Of a DNA stretch of 64,000 nt, positions 1-13,351 are shown in pieces. The notes below the pieces were generated by a model, which was not told the DNA's origin, searched no databases, and saw nothing but the letters and a program-made list of their open reading frames with translations. The stretch covers positions 16,740,001 to 16,804,000 of the forward strand of contig CM069169.1 in NCBI GenBank assembly GCA_035221665.1, given 5' to 3'. Origin of the DNA: Okamejei kenojei (lineage: Eukaryota). The translations under genes were made by a program, and so were the position numbers. Positions within the stretch are counted from its first letter, which is position 1, and every line of letters begins with the position of its first letter.

Positions 1-543
1 GAAACACTGGTGTGAGCTAATGATGAATTGATGATTACAGCCTGATGACAAGCACCACGCAAACACTCTCTCCTGTAATCCCCTCTGTCAATCTTCAATA
101 TGGCATCATATTTAAAATCCAGAAAAATGCACATATATCAGCACTCTGTTAACACGTGATAAAATGCCAGACTTTGTACCTTCTATAACTAGCAAAGGCT
201 GGACCCAAAGTAAGTGAATCGAGAACCAGAGGACATAGGTTTAAGGTGAAGGGGGGAAAGATTTAATAGGAATTTGAGGGGTAACCTTTTCCACACAGAG
301 GGTTTGTGGGTGTATGGAACGAGCTGCCGGAGGAGGTAGTTGAGGCAGGGACTATCGCAACGTTTCAGAAATATTACAAATGCATCTTGGATGGTCGGTT
401 AATTGGCCCCAGTGTGTAGGGTGGGGATGAGAAAATGGGATGAGATAGAACTAGTGCGAACGGGTGATCGATGGTCGGCATGCACTCAGTGGGCCAAAGG
501 GCCTGTTTCCACGCTGTATCTCTGAGCTATAAACTAAACTAAA

Positions 544-649
544 CTTCTTCTTGCCTATGGCGTGCACTGCCTAAAGATGTCCTATTTGATTGTGCACGCC
601 GGGTTGATTGCACTCGTCGAAGCTGGGCGGTCCTCGTGAAGGTTGCAAT
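544..649 (-). mobile_element. Degenerate, 5'-clipped copy of the ribozyme-headed short element
   Basis: CTTCTTCTTGC tail, GGCGTGCAC motifs and a partial ribozyme (P1 5' strand missing, several substitutions). Confidence 0.65.
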
Positions 650-654
650 GGTGA

Positions 655-1100
655 AGAATTATCCCAGGAATGAGTGGGTTAACCTGTGATGAGCGTTTGA
701 TGGCACTGGGCCTGTACCCACTGGAGTTTAGAAGAATGAGGAGGGAACCTCATTGAAGCGTACAGAATAGTGAAAGGCCTGGATAGTGTGGATGTGGAGA
801 GGATGTTGCCACCAGTGGGAAAGTCTAGGACTAGAGGACTCTTTTAGGAAGGAGACAAGGAGAAATTTATTTCGGCAGAGGGTGGTGAATCTGTGGAATT
901 CTTTGCCACAGAAGGCTGTGGAGGTCAAGTCAGTGGATATTTTTAAGGCAGAGATAGATAGATTATTGATTAGTACGGGTGTCAGAGGTTATGGGGAGAA
1001 GGCAGGAGAATGGGGTTAGGAGGGAGAGATGGATCAGCCATGATTGAATGGCGTAGAGTTAATGGGCCGAATGGCATCATTCTACTACCATCACATGACC
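655..1100 (+). mobile_element. CR1 LINE 3' fragment
   Basis: QRVVNLWNSLPQKAVE motif and 3' UTR. Confidence 0.85.
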
Positions 1101-1262
1101 TTATTATAGAACTGGTGTCATGGATGCTTGATGGTCAGAATGGACTTGATGGGCCGAAGGGTCTGTTTTGATGCTGTATAAGTCTGTGACTGAAGCTCTG
1201 GCTCTGTGATAGAATGAGACAAGCGGCGCACACAACATAACTGCGATTACTTTCAAACATAC

Positions 1263-1295
1263 CTGTCCTTGCTTCCGTATCTCCCGCACCATCTT
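1263..1295 (-). CDS. CD276: CD276/B7-H3 first cytoplasmic micro-exon (33 nt): EDGAGDTEART
   Basis: Acceptor tttgtttaattgcag|AA, donor ACAG|GTATGT, phase 1-1 and in frame. The acidic peptide resembles human AEDQDGEGEGSKT at the equivalent position. Confidence 0.8.
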
Positions 1296-3906
1296 CTGCA
1301 ATTAAACAAACAACCCTTGTTAAACATGGATGTCCAAGAAGACCTCATCAAACAAAAAAATGTCAACATGAATCTCCCCGTGACCCCGAGAACTTCAGTT
1401 TCCTCCCACACTCCAAAGACGTACAGGGTTGTTGGTTAATTGGCTTGGTGTAAGTGTACATTGTCCCCAGTGTGTGTAGGGTAGTGTTAGTGTGCGGGGA
1501 TCGCTGGTCGGTGCGGACTCAGTGGGCCGAAGGGCCTGTTTCCACGCTGTTTCTCTAAACTAAACTAAATATCTATCAATCCATGTCTATCTCTCCCTAC
1601 CAATCCAAATAATCTATCTATCTAATGACAACGTCACTGGTGACCCTTGGACTATCCTTCATCAACTTTGCTGGCTTTACCTTGCACTAAACGTTATTCC
1701 CTTATCATGTATCTGTACACTGTAAATGGCTCGATTGTAATCATGTATTGTCTTTCCGCTGACTGGTTAGCACGCAACAAAAGCTTTTCACTGTACCTCG
1801 GTACACGTGACAATAAATTAAACTGTAAACTATCAGTCTACCTATATCTATTTCTCTCTCCATATCTATCTCCATGTCTCTCCAACTGTCTGTCTATCCA
1901 TCACTCCCTGCCTCAATCCACTCAAACCATGAAAATCACAGACGATCAAAGTTATCTTCTAGTCAATAGGTGGACTCAAAAAGCTGGAGAAACTCAGCGG
2001 GACAGGCAGCCTCTCTGGAGAGAAGGAATGGGTGACGTTTCGGGTCGAGACCCTTCTTCAGACATGTACCCACAGTTGACCATCAAAAACAAGTTCATAT
2101 ACTCATGGAGTTTGTGAGTTCTTGTCATTTTAAAATCACACCACGATTTTTTAAATTTAGAGTAACACCATCCGTAGTTGAGAAGTTTGTCTCCCTGCTT
2201 GTGATGTACTTTGGGATGTTCTGAGATGCTGTGTCTAAATTCAATTACCTGGAGATAATGAGATGACCAGACATCACTGCAGCACAGGGTCAATGCAAGA
2301 AGAATGCAGGCTCTGTGATAGTAATTACAGCTCAAAGATGCTTTCATTAGCGACTGTGGCCCAGTGAAGAGCTCTTCATACAAGGGCTTGAACACAAACA
2401 GTGTAGTACCTGGTAGGTGCTGCTCTGTTAATCTGCCCTCTCAGTGCATGCAATGCGATCCATGGCACTGCACGAAGGCGCAGCGGCAGAGTTGCTGCCT
2501 CACTGACCCGTGTTAAATCCCAATTAGATCACGGGTGCTCTCTGTACGGAGTTTGCACGTTCTTCCCGTGACCTGCGTGGGTTTTCTCCGGGTGCTCCAG
2601 TTTCCTCCCACACTGAATGCATGCAGGTTTGTAGGTAAATTGGCTGTGTCTAATTGTAAATTGACCCACGTGTGTAGGATAGTGTTGATGTGCGGGGAAC
2701 GCTGGTCGGTCGGTGGGCCGAAGGGCCTGTTCGCACGCTGTATCGCATGGGAACTAAAATGCACGAGTCGCCATATTTTGGTGCCAGAGGAGGCACGTTC
2801 TATGATATAAATGTTGTCATGCTGTGAACAGCTAACAAAAATGTTGGGAAGGTAGTCTTTGGAGTTTCGAAGAACAAGGGGTAATCTTACTGAATCGCAT
2901 TGGACTATTGTTGCATTCTGTTGAAACATCAAGGCTGGCCAGCAATGACAGTCAAGTCCATTCACAGCCTTCACTTTCCACACAGACCCTAGTCCACCAC
3001 CTCAGAACACACAAAACCAGAGAGGAAACAGGTCACCATTACTACTGAGGGACTGCCCAAGGGGAAGACTCCACAGGAGTGTCATAGTCATAGAGTGATA
3101 CATTGTGGAAACAGGCCCTTCGGCCCAACTTGCCCACACCGGCCATCATGTCCCACCTGCCTGTGTTTGGTCCATATCCCTCCAAATCTGTCCTATCCAA
3201 TTTTGGATTGGTATTGTGTAAGTATTGTGCTGGAGTAACTCAGTGGGTCAGGCAGCATCTGTGGAGAACATGAATAGGTGACGTTTCACAGAGTGCTGGA
3301 GTAACTCAGCGGGTCAGGCAGCATCTGTGGAGAACATGGATAGGTGACGTTTTGGGTCGAGACCCTTCTTCAGACTGACTACATTGCTACATTTCACTGC
3401 TCCATCCACTAAAGCTCTCCTCAATATAAGCCCACTTTGAAGACAATGTTTTAAGAAGGGCCAGACCCGAAAATGCACGTAACTATGATCTTCTGAGATG
3501 TTTCAGTCAGAGGGTGGTGAATCTGTGGAATTCTTTGTCACAGAAGGCTGTGGAGGCCAAGTCAGTGGATATTTATAAGGCAGAGATAGATAGATTCTTA
3601 ATTAGTACGGGTGTCAGGGGTTATGGGGAGAAGGCAGGAGAATGGGGTTAGGAGGGAGAGATAGATCAGCCATGATTGAATGGCGGAGTAGATGTGATGG
3701 GCCGAATGGCCTAATTCTACTCCTATCACTTGTGACCTTATGCTGCCTGACCCGTTAAGTTACTCCACCTCCTCGCTCTGACTGTTATCTTGCTTTTCTG
3801 GCCTCTCCACGTGAGCTGATTGGTAAACAGCGTGCGGGTTTGTGGTTTAATTGGCCCTAGTGTGCAGGGAGTAGATGCAAGAGTGGGAAGACATTGAACT
3901 AGTGTG

Positions 3907-4077
3907 TTTAAGAAAGAACTGCAGATGCTGGAAAAATCAAAGGTACACAAAAATGCTGGAGCAACTTAGCGGGTGAGGCAGCATCTATGGAAGGGTCTCG
4001 ACGCGAAACGTCATCTATTCCTTTGCTCCATAGATGCTGCCTCACCCGCTGAGTTTCTCCCGCATTTTTGTCTACCT
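3907..4077. mobile_element. Inverted pair of pLTR units inserted in an HE1 SINE
   Basis: 13-bp TSD TTGAACTAGTGTG at 3894-3906 and 4078-4090; internal inverted repeat. Confidence 0.78.
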
Positions 4078-4254
4078 TTGAACTAGTGTGAACGGGACTC
4101 GCCAGCCCAGGGCCCTGTTTCCGTGCTGTATCTCTAAACTAAACTAAACGCCACAAACAAACTTCAGTCTGAAGAAGGGTTTCAGCCCGAAACGTTGCCT
4201 ATTTCCTTCGCTCCATAGATGCTGCCTCACCCGCTGAGTTTCTCCAGCACTTTT

Positions 4255-7200
4255 TTTTTTTGTTAAATATTTTTATTAGACGTAAGTACATATTAATAGA
4301 GTATACTTCTCACATACATTCGTAATTTTATTAATATTAACAATTATGTCCTATACATTTCTATACTTTTTTTTGCAGGTAAGAAAAGATAGAGAAAAAT
4401 AAAGTAAGAGTAGGAATGAATGGAGTATTAAAAAAGTTATCCATCATTGGAGATATATCCATGATTTGTTATACGTGATTCTTCATCTATTCCATTATTC
4501 AGGCTTCAGTCAGGCTCTCGTACCGAGAAATTTTGACCCTTTAGATATTCAATAAATGGAGACCATATTCCTCTGAAAAGATCCAACTTGTCCAATAGGA
4601 CAAGCCTTAATCTTTCCAGATGAAGTGTCTCCGACATTCCTGTAATCCACATTTTGATTGTGGGGGATGTAGGACCTTTCCAGAATTTCAATAATAATTT
4701 TTTCCCAATTATTAAACTATAATCAATAAAAATTCTTTGATTCGTTGTTATTAATTGATCTTTTTCTAATATTCCCAGTATTATTAACTTTGAGTCAGGG
4801 ATCAGATTCATATTAACAACATTCGAAATTATCGTAAATATCTGTCCAAAATTTAGTAATTTTTACACAATTTGTAAATGAGTATGTTAAGTTAGCTTCT
4901 AAGTGCTGCCATTCATCACATATGGCAGATACATTTGAAAAAATACTATGTAGTTTGGATTTTGAATAATGTAGTCTGTGTAATATTTTAAATTGTATAA
5001 GAGAGTGTCTAGCATTTAACGAGCAGTGGTGTATATGTTGTAAACTTTCATCCCATACGTCAGGTCTAATGAATTGACCTAATTCGTTTTCCCATGATTG
5101 CCTATATATTTCTGTCATTGGGACATCGTTTTCCAGTAAAATATTATAAATATATGATATCAATTTTTCTGTGTTTGGGTGTTTATTTAGGCATTTACCT
5201 AAAATTTCTGTCTTTCTATTTCTAATTTCATGTGTATTTGCTTTTACATAGTCTCTAATTTGTAGATATCTAAAGTAATCTTTTGAATGTAATCCATAAA
5301 TTTGTTGTAATTCTTGAAATGAAAGGAAAGAGTTTTCCCTGTAGAGATCTCCCATCTTATTAATTCCATAGTTTTTCCATTGTAAAAAACCTTTGTCCAT
5401 CGTTGAGGGTTTAAATGTAACATTATTTACAATGGTAAGGGCTAGTGGTATACATTCCAATGTTAGTGTTTTCTTTATTTGTTTCCAGATACGTATTCCA
5501 CTTTCTATTATAAGGTTTTCACTATAGGTTTTCTTACCTATTTTAATATTGGCAAATAAAATCGAACTAATTTCAAAAGGCGAACAATCTTCTTTTTCCA
5601 TTTTTAACCAGGTTGGTTGTTTATCTGTCTCTACTAACCAAAAATTCATATTTTTAATATTAACTGCCCAGTAATAAAACATAAAGTTTGGCAGTGCTAA
5701 ACCTCCATTTATTTTTGGTTTACATAAATGTTTTTTGTTTATTCTATGGCTCTTATAATCCCAGATAAAGTTGGTGACTATAGAATCAATTGGAAAAGAT
5801 ATAGTAATTGCGGGAGAAAAATCATTTTTATTGCATTAATTCTACCTAGCATTGAGATAGGTAATGTTTTACAATATAAAATGTTCTTATTTAATTTATT
5901 CAATAAAAGTGGAAAATTGGATTTAAATAAAGAGTCAAATCTTTTTGTTAGATGAATTCCAAGATATTTGATTTTTTCGTTTGCTATCTTCAAAGGAAAT
6001 TGTTGTAGTATATGTAAGTTATTTACCATTATTGGCATAAGTTCACTTTTATTCCAATTAATATTATATCCTGAAAATAATCCAAATTCAGATATTAATT
6101 TTAGTAAATTTGGGATACTAATTTCCGGCTTTGTAGTATAAAGTAATACATCATCCGCATATAAAGAAATTTTATTTTCAGTATCTCTGGTGTCATATCC
6201 TATATATTTCAGGATGTAATCTCACCCGTTGAGCTAAAGGTTCTATTGCAAGTGCAAACAGTAATGGGGATAGAGGACAACCTTGTCTGCAGCCTCGGAA
6301 TAGATTAAATTTAGTTGATAGCATTTGATTTGTTATTATTCTGGCTGTTGGATTAGGGTATAATAATTTAACCCAAGTAATAAACTTCTCTCCCATCTTA
6401 AAAGTTTCCATAACCGAAAACAAATAAGACCATTCCACCTGGTCAAAGGCTTTCTCCGCATCTAACGAAATAATTACTAGGTCTTTATTAATATCTCTCT
6501 TTGAATATATAATATTGTATAATCGTCTCAGGTTATATGAGGAATATCGTTTTGGTATAAATCCTGTTTGATCGGGGTGAATTAATTTATTAATAACTGT
6601 ACTTAGTCTTTGTGCTTAGTCTTAGTATCTTTTGATCAGTATTTAAAAGAGCTATAGCTCTATATGATCCTGGGTCATCCAGGTCTTTGTCTATTTTAGG
6701 TATAAGTGTTATAATAGATTCATTTAACGTTTCTGGTAGTTTCTGGTGGATATAAATGTATTCATAGAGTATCTTCAAACGTGGTGCAATCAGATCATAA
6801 AATGTTTTATAAAATTCCGAGCCAATACCATCTGGTCCCGGTGTTTTACCATTTTTTAATGATCTGATAGATTCTTCGATTTCTTTTACTGAAATTTCAG
6901 CATTTAATGATTCTCTATTTTGTGAATCCAACCCATTCAAATTACATTTTTTTTTAAATGTTTCTATTCCTATCTTGTTTTCTGTCGTTTTAGCTGAATA
7001 TAAATTTTTATAATATTGCAAAAATGTCTCATTAATATCTTTAGGTTGTACTAATGGTTCGCCATTATATGATTTAATCCTATGGATTATTTTTTCTCCC
7101 TCCATCTTTCTTAATTGACGAGCCAATAATTTTTGAGGTTTATCTCCAAATTCAAATTGTAATTGTTTAGTGTATTGGTTTTACAATTTGATCTGAGTAT

Positions 7201-7566
7201 ATTTTATTTAATTTGTATTTCAGTGCAGCGATTTTATTAAGTGTTGTTATGGATGGATTAGCAGCGTTCTCTGTGTCTAATTGTTTAATCTCCTTTTCCA
7301 ATTCCTGTTGTTCCCTCCGATTCTTTTTATTATAAAATGCTTGAGAAGAGATCATAATTCCACGGGCATATGCTTTAAACGTTTCCCATAACAGGGAAAA
7401 GGATATTTCCGGTTTATCATTTATTTCAAAGAAAATCTTGATCTGTTCTATAATATATTCCTGAGTTGCTTTGTTTTTTAAAATTTGTGGATTAAATCTC
7501 CATTGTCCCCGTTTTTCCGTTTTACCATTTATTTTAATCATAAATGTTAAAGGTGCATGATGATTA
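4255..7566 (-). mobile_element. 5'-truncated, frameshifted L1-clade LINE (ORF2: end of endonuclease, RT, C-terminal region)
   Basis: ORF pieces with HAPL, WRFN, KTPGPDG, PGSYRAIALLNTDQKIL, LDAEKAFD, RQGCPLSPLLFALAIEPL, ISLYADD, KYLGI. Poly(A) tail (T-run 4251-4261). 9-bp TSD AGCACTTTT at 4246-4254 and 7567-7575. Confidence 0.93.
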
Positions 7567-7949
7567 AGCACTTTTGTCTACCTTCGATTTTCCGTCATCT
7601 GCAGTTCCTTCTTAAACATTTAACCACAAACAAACTTGACTGGATTTTAATTCGTGGATATTGGAAAGTCTCTCGCTATTATGCATGGTATGATTTGCAG
7701 CTTTGATGTTTTTGCAGCTTGTTTCAAAGGCCAGTTCAAGCTCGCTGATTTTGAAGTACTTGAGAAAAAGTGTGGGGGTTAAAAATGTAACAGGTCTGTG
7801 GACTACAATGGATGTGGGCTTGGGGGACAAAGCGACCTCTTTCCTTGTTCGAGCAATCTTTTGATTTGTGTTTGCTTTCATGTGACAACCATTAACATAT
7901 GTTGTCCTCCAGCCACCACATTGTATCTGGCAGAAGATATCTTTAGATA

Positions 7950-8331
7950 TAGACACAAAAAGCTGGAGTAACTCAGCGGGTCAGGCAGCATCTCTGGAGA
8001 GAAGGAATGGGTGACGTTTCGGGTCTCGACCTGAGTTACTCCAGCTTTTTTGTGTCTATCTTTGGATTGAATATTTCGGGTCGAGACCCTTCTTCAGACT
8101 GAGAGTCAGGGGAAAGGGAAAGGAGAGATATAGACGGTGATGTAGAGAGATATAGAACACATGAATGAAAGATATCCAATAAAGTAACGATGGTAAAGGA
8201 AGCTGGTGAGCTGTGAGTTAGGTGAAAATGAATTACACACAATGAGACTCAACAAGACGACTTTGAAACAAGTACAATGACTTGGGTGGGGAGGGACGGA
8301 GAGAGAGGCGATGCAAGGGTTACTTGAAGTT
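7950..8331 (-). mobile_element. Penelope-like 3' UTR/pLTR fragment
   Basis: AACTTCAAGTAA end motif, pyrimidine-rich UTR, hammerhead-like core and pLTR repeats. Confidence 0.65.
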
Positions 8332-8353
8332 CACAAGATAATAAGGATAGGAT

Positions 8354-8585
8354 AGTAAGTAAGTTTATTGGCCAAGTATTCACATACAAGGAATTTACCT
8401 TGGTGCTCCGCCCACAAGTAGCGACATGACATACAGTGACAGTTACGAATTACTCCGAAAACACTAAACATTAATAATAATAATAAGACATTCATGATAA
8501 AACACCATTGATCAAGCATGTGAACCAACTAAATACCAGATTTTGTTGGTTCACACGCAGGGAGGCTACAGATTTTTGGCTCATT
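8354..8585 (-). mobile_element. Rex1/Babar-like LINE 3' UTR
   Basis: Same 3' UTR and tail as 55002-55318. Confidence 0.7.
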
Positions 8586-9549
8586 AGCTTTTCATTGGCT
8601 TTTTACAGATCATAAGTGATAGGAATAGAATTAGGCCATTCGGCCCTTCAAGTCTACTCCGCCATTCAATCGTGGCTGATCTATCTCTCCCTCCTAACCC
8701 CATTCTCCTGCCTTCTCCCCATAACCCCTGACACCCGTACTAATCAACAATCTATCTATCACTGCCTTAAAAATATCCGCTGACTTTGCCTCCACAGCCT
8801 TCTGTGGCAAAGAATTCCACAGATTCACCACCCTCTCAGTTAGATAAATTAATATTCATTCTGCTGGGTTGTAAACGGCCCCAAGTGAAATACGAGACAA
8901 AAGCGAGACATCTTTAGGTCTGAGTTATCTTGTCCACTTTGCACATTCCCACCGTGGATGTTGTTTCTTCTGTAGTTTGTACCATCGTGTTGCTCCAATT
9001 CTGGGATGATCTGACAAAAGTCTCGATCCGGAACGTCACCCGTTCCTGCTCTCCGGAGATGCTGCCTGTCCCGCTGAGTTACTCCAGCTTTTTTGTGTCT
9101 GTCTAACCGGCTGTGGAACACAACAGCCAAACCGACAGGAACTACCAAAGGCTACATCGCAATCTCTCCCTCCCTTGGGAAGATGCAGATAATTTTTAAA
9201 AAACTTTCATCAAAATCGCTTCCTCCCAGCAGTGTTAATGAGTCGTTGAACACAATAGGAGGAAGGGATGTTAATGATACATTGGGCCAGATGCTCTTGT
9301 TTATCTCCAAAGCTGAGATCTCGCTGCCATCGCCCTGTGAGCTTTTGACAATTTAATGCAAAAATGACAGGGCAATGAGCGATCGGTACAAATGCATTTA
9401 GTGCTGTGTTAAACATGATGCCAAGTTACACTGATCTCATCTGCCTCTACACCATCCATAACACAAAGGGTGGTGGGTGAATGGAACGAGCTGTCAGAGG
9501 CTGGGACTATCCTAGCGTTGAAGAAACAGTTAGATGGGTACATTGATAG

Positions 9550-9943
9550 AGACATAGAAACATAGAAAATAGGTGCAGGAGTAGGCCTTTCGGCCCTTCG
9601 AGCCTGCACCGCCATTCAATATGATCATGGCTGATCATCCAACTCAGTATCCTGTATCTGCCTTCTCTCCATACCCCCTGATCCTTTTAACTACAAGGGC
9701 CACATCTAACTCCCTCTTAAATATAGCCAATGAACTTGCCTCAACTACCTTCTGTGGCAGAGAATTCCACAGATTCACCACTCTCTATGTGAAAAATGTT
9801 TTTCTCATCTTGGTCCTAAAAGACTTCCCCCCTATCCTTAAACTGTGACCCCTTGTTCTGGACTTCCCCAACATCGGGAACAATCTTCCTGCATCTAGCC
9901 TGTCCAACCCCTTAAGAATGTTGTAAGTTTCTATAAGATCCCC
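9550..9943 (-). mobile_element. CR1 LINE 3' fragment
   Basis: GDLIETY...SRTRGHSLRI and (TTTCTATG) tail. Confidence 0.85.
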
Positions 9944-10089
9944 TGTGGACAGGTTTGGAGGGATAGGTGGGACTAGTGTAGCTGGGACAGGTAGACAGCA
10001 GCATTTATATAAGCGGGTGTTTCCCACAAAACCCTTCTCCCGCTGGACACTGCCGGAACACCGAGGGACGTACGGCGAAATCCGGGGTT

Positions 10090-10119
10090 GGGGGGGGAGG
10101 GGGGGGGGGGGGGGGGGGT

Positions 10120-10168
<49 letters not shown>

Positions 10169-10330
10169 GGTGGGGGAGAAGAAAGGAGAAAGGAAGAAGA
10201 GGAGCCTGAGGGCTGAGATGGAGCTGAGAAGGGGAGGAGACAGCAAGGGCTACCGGAAATTGGAGAAGGCAATGTTCATGCCGTTAGGGTGCAGACTGCC
10301 CAAGCGGAATACGAGGTGCTGCTCCTCCAG
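10090..10330 (-). mobile_element. Penelope-like element C-terminal fragment and 3' UTR with a long G-run
   Basis: LEEQHLVFRLGSLHPNGMNIAFSNFR* is homologous to the 38251 end. Confidence 0.75.
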
Positions 10331-11036
10331 GTTGGCCAGTGTGGGCAAGTTAGGCTGAAGGGCCTGTTTCCACGCGGTATTGTACCCATATGCCTCCACT
10401 CCCTGTCCGGGGGACATCAGTCCGTTGGGTATTAAATGAAGCTGCCCACATGGAGAATTCCACAGATTCACCACCCTCTGACTCAAGAAATAGTGTATGG
10501 CCGATCGCTGGTCAGCGTGGATTCGGTGGGCCGAAGGGCCTGTTTCCACATCGTACCAAATATAACAATTCTTTGCTTTTTGTTGTTGTTTGCTGATTGT
10601 AAGAACACAAAATTCTTCGAACAGATGGGTTATTCAATGTAACACGCGGGAAGAAAGCTGTCACTATCTATTTATCTCTTTTGAAGAAAACAACAAACGT
10701 TATTTTTCAGGGAGCAATCAAAATATTGCGGCTTTTCCAACAAGATGGCGTACAAACCATCCCAATGGGAAATGTCCACCTCTTCTGTGGACCAGTGTAA
10801 GTCCTGTTCATAGAGTCACACAGTACGGAAACAGGCCCGTAGGCTCAACCTGCCCACTGTCACAAGGAGAACGTGCAAACTCCGTACAGACAGCACCCGG
10901 AGTCAGGATCGAACCCGGGTCTCTGGCGCTGCAAGGCGACGGCTCTACCTTCTGCGCCACCCACTTTGTATTTGAATCACTGGAGCAAAGCTTGAAATTA
11001 AATTTTCTGATCTGACACAACCACCTCACACAGTGG

Positions 11037-11500
11037 GATGAGTGGGTCAGCATACGATGAGCGTTTGACAGCACTGGGCCTGTACTCGCTGGAGTTTAGA
11101 AGGTTGAGGGGGGACCTCATTGAAACTTACAGAATAATGAAAGGCATAGATAGAGTGGATGTGGAGAGGATGTTTCCACTGGTGGGAGAGTCTAGGACCA
11201 GAGGTCACAGCCTCAGAATTAAAGGGTGTCACAGCCTCAGAGGTCATAGCCTGAGAATTTCAGAAAGGAGGTGAGGAGGAACTTATTTTGTCAGAGGGAA
11301 GTTATTCTGTGGAACTCATTGCCACAGGGGGCTGAAGAGGCCAAGTCAGTGGACATTTTTAAGGCAGAGATAGACAAATTCTTGATGAGAACGGGTGTCA
11401 AGGGTTATGGGGAGAAGGCAGCAAAAAGAGATCAGCCATGATTGAATGGCGGAGTGGACTCGATGGGCCGAATGGCCTAATTCTACTATAACTTGTGAAC
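11037..11500 (+). mobile_element. CR1 LINE 3' fragment
   Basis: YDERLTALGLYSLEFRRLRGDLIETY...SRTRGHSL. Confidence 0.85.
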
Positions 11501-11887
11501 AAGAGCGATAAGAAGTTTCCGTTCCAGTTTAGTTTATGTCACGTGTACCGAGGTACCGTGAAAAGCATTTGTTTTTAACAATACAATTATAATGAGAGGT
11601 ACAGATGGAGTAGACAATCAGAACCTTTTTCCCTGGGTGGAAAAATTACAGGCTTTAATGGTGAGAGGGCAAAGTTTAAAGGAGGTGTGCGGGGCAAGTT
11701 TTTTTTTACACAGAGGGTGGTGGTGCTTGGATCGCGCTGCTGGAGTAACTCAGCGGGACCGACAGAATCAATGGCGAAAAGAAATGGGTGACGTTTCGGG
11801 TCGAGACCCTTCTTCAGAACTCAGACAGGGTCCACAGAACGTCACCCCTCCATGTTCTCCAGAGATGCTGGCTGACCCGTTGAGTAA

Positions 11888-12070
11888 AAGGCCTGCCCCT
11901 CTTGGGCGTCATTTGTGCGTAATGTACGCTGCATCATTTACGCATGGTGCGCATTACGCGCGGCATTGTGCGTGGTGACGTAGGCGGTGACACGCAGTCG
12001 CGCGCGGCGCCCAAGGATTTTGGGATGTACTAAATCTTTGCGCGCCATTTGCCCAGGTGGGACAGGCCCT
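11888..12070. mobile_element. Shorter relative of MITE family A, inserted in a pLTR unit
   Basis: Ends AGGCCTGCCCCTCTTGGGCGTCATTTG...CCCAGGTGGGACAGGCCCT; splits GAGT/TACTCCAGC. Confidence 0.7.
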
Positions 12071-12390
12071 ATACTCCAGCACTTTGTGTCTTTGTTTGTG
12101 AGGGGGGTGATTGTCCGATGGGTGGAGCAAGTGACAAAGGGGACAAAAGGTTTTCAGATTAGAGAAAATGAGGAGTAAAATGCCAGGCCGGAGGGAGGTA
12201 TGTGGGTGGAAGGGATCTCTGTGTTCCTCCTCTTGAACATTCACACAAAGATTATATCAACATGGCACCGATCGTGGCAGCTTTCTGTCAGGAATCCGTT
12301 GCAATGTTTCCTACATTACACCACAGACTGTACTTCAAAGCTCAGCTGTGAAACACATTGGAATAGTTGAAGCCATAAAGGATGCTACTT

Positions 12391-12708
12391 AGTTCGGTTT
12401 AGTTTAGAGATACAGCGCGGAAACAGGCCCTTCGGCCCACTGAGTCGGCGCCGACCAGCGATCCCCACCGTGCATTAGCACTATCCTACACACACTAGGG
12501 ACAATTTCTACATTTACACCACGCCAATTAACCTACATACCTGTACGTCTTTGGAGTGCGGGAGGAAACCGAAGATCTCGGAGAAAACCCACGCAGGTCA
12601 CGGGGAGAACGTGCAAACTCCGTACAGACAGCACCCGTGGTCGGGATCGGACCCGGGTCTCTGGCGCTGTGAGGCAATAGTTCTACCGCTGCGCCACCGT
12701 GTCGCCCC
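12391..12708 (-). mobile_element. Full-length HE1-type V-SINE
   Basis: tRNA-like head (TGGCGCAGCGG, GGGTCCGATCCC), V-domain GTTCTCCCCGTGACC...TTCCTCCCGCACTCCAAAGA, CR1-like tail GGGCCGAAGGGCCTGTTTCC and (CTAAA)n. Confidence 0.88.
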
Positions 12709-13351
12709 AGTTTTTATATATTTATATTGCATTCCCTCTCTCTCTCTCAGTCCCTCCCCCACCCTAGACATCCTGCTAGTTCCACTGTTTGTACCCTTCA
12801 TTATCACCCACAGCCAACAATGGACCATTGTGGGCTCCACCCTTCCTGAGCCATCGGTGCCGGCTTCGATTTATGCTGAACATTTTCATAGTAACTTCAT
12901 AAGGTCAGAAGTGATAGGAGCAGAATTAGACCATTCGGCCCATCAAGTCTACTCCGCCATTCGATCCTGGCTGATCTATCTCTCCCTCCTAACCCCATTC
13001 TCCTGACTTCTCCCCATAACCCCTGACACCCGCACTAATCAAGAATCTATCTATCTCTGCCTTAAAAATAGCCACTGACTTGGCCTCCACAGCCTTCTGT
13101 GGCAAAGATTTCCACAGATTCACAACCCTCTCACTGAAGAAATTCGAAGAGTTTCACAGTCAGTTAGAAGAAGGGTCTCGACCCAAAACATCACCCATTC
13201 CTTTTCTCCAGAGAGGCTGTCTGTCCCACTGAGTTACTCCAGCTTTTTGTGTCTGTCTACAGTGCAAACCAGCTTCTGTAGTTCCTTCCTGCACGAGTTA
13301 TATACAAGTCTTTCTCTTTCCGCCTTCAATGCAAATCACTGCATTATTGTG

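Noticed and set aside
170-215. Possible next cytoplasmic exon on the minus strand near the window start
   Set aside because: Only 19 nt between AG and GT, a frame-changing length, and no similarity to the expected ALQPLK-like peptide
9785-10358. Poly-Pro and poly-Gly ORFs and odd CpG-rich sequence at ~10000-10090
   Set aside because: Translations of a G-run. The adjacent sequence looks like a garbled hammerhead/pLTR unit, probably low-quality base calls beside the homopolymer.
12640-12708. tRNA-like A/B boxes at the heads of many repeats
   Set aside because: SINE heads followed by V-domain and LINE tail, not tRNA genes
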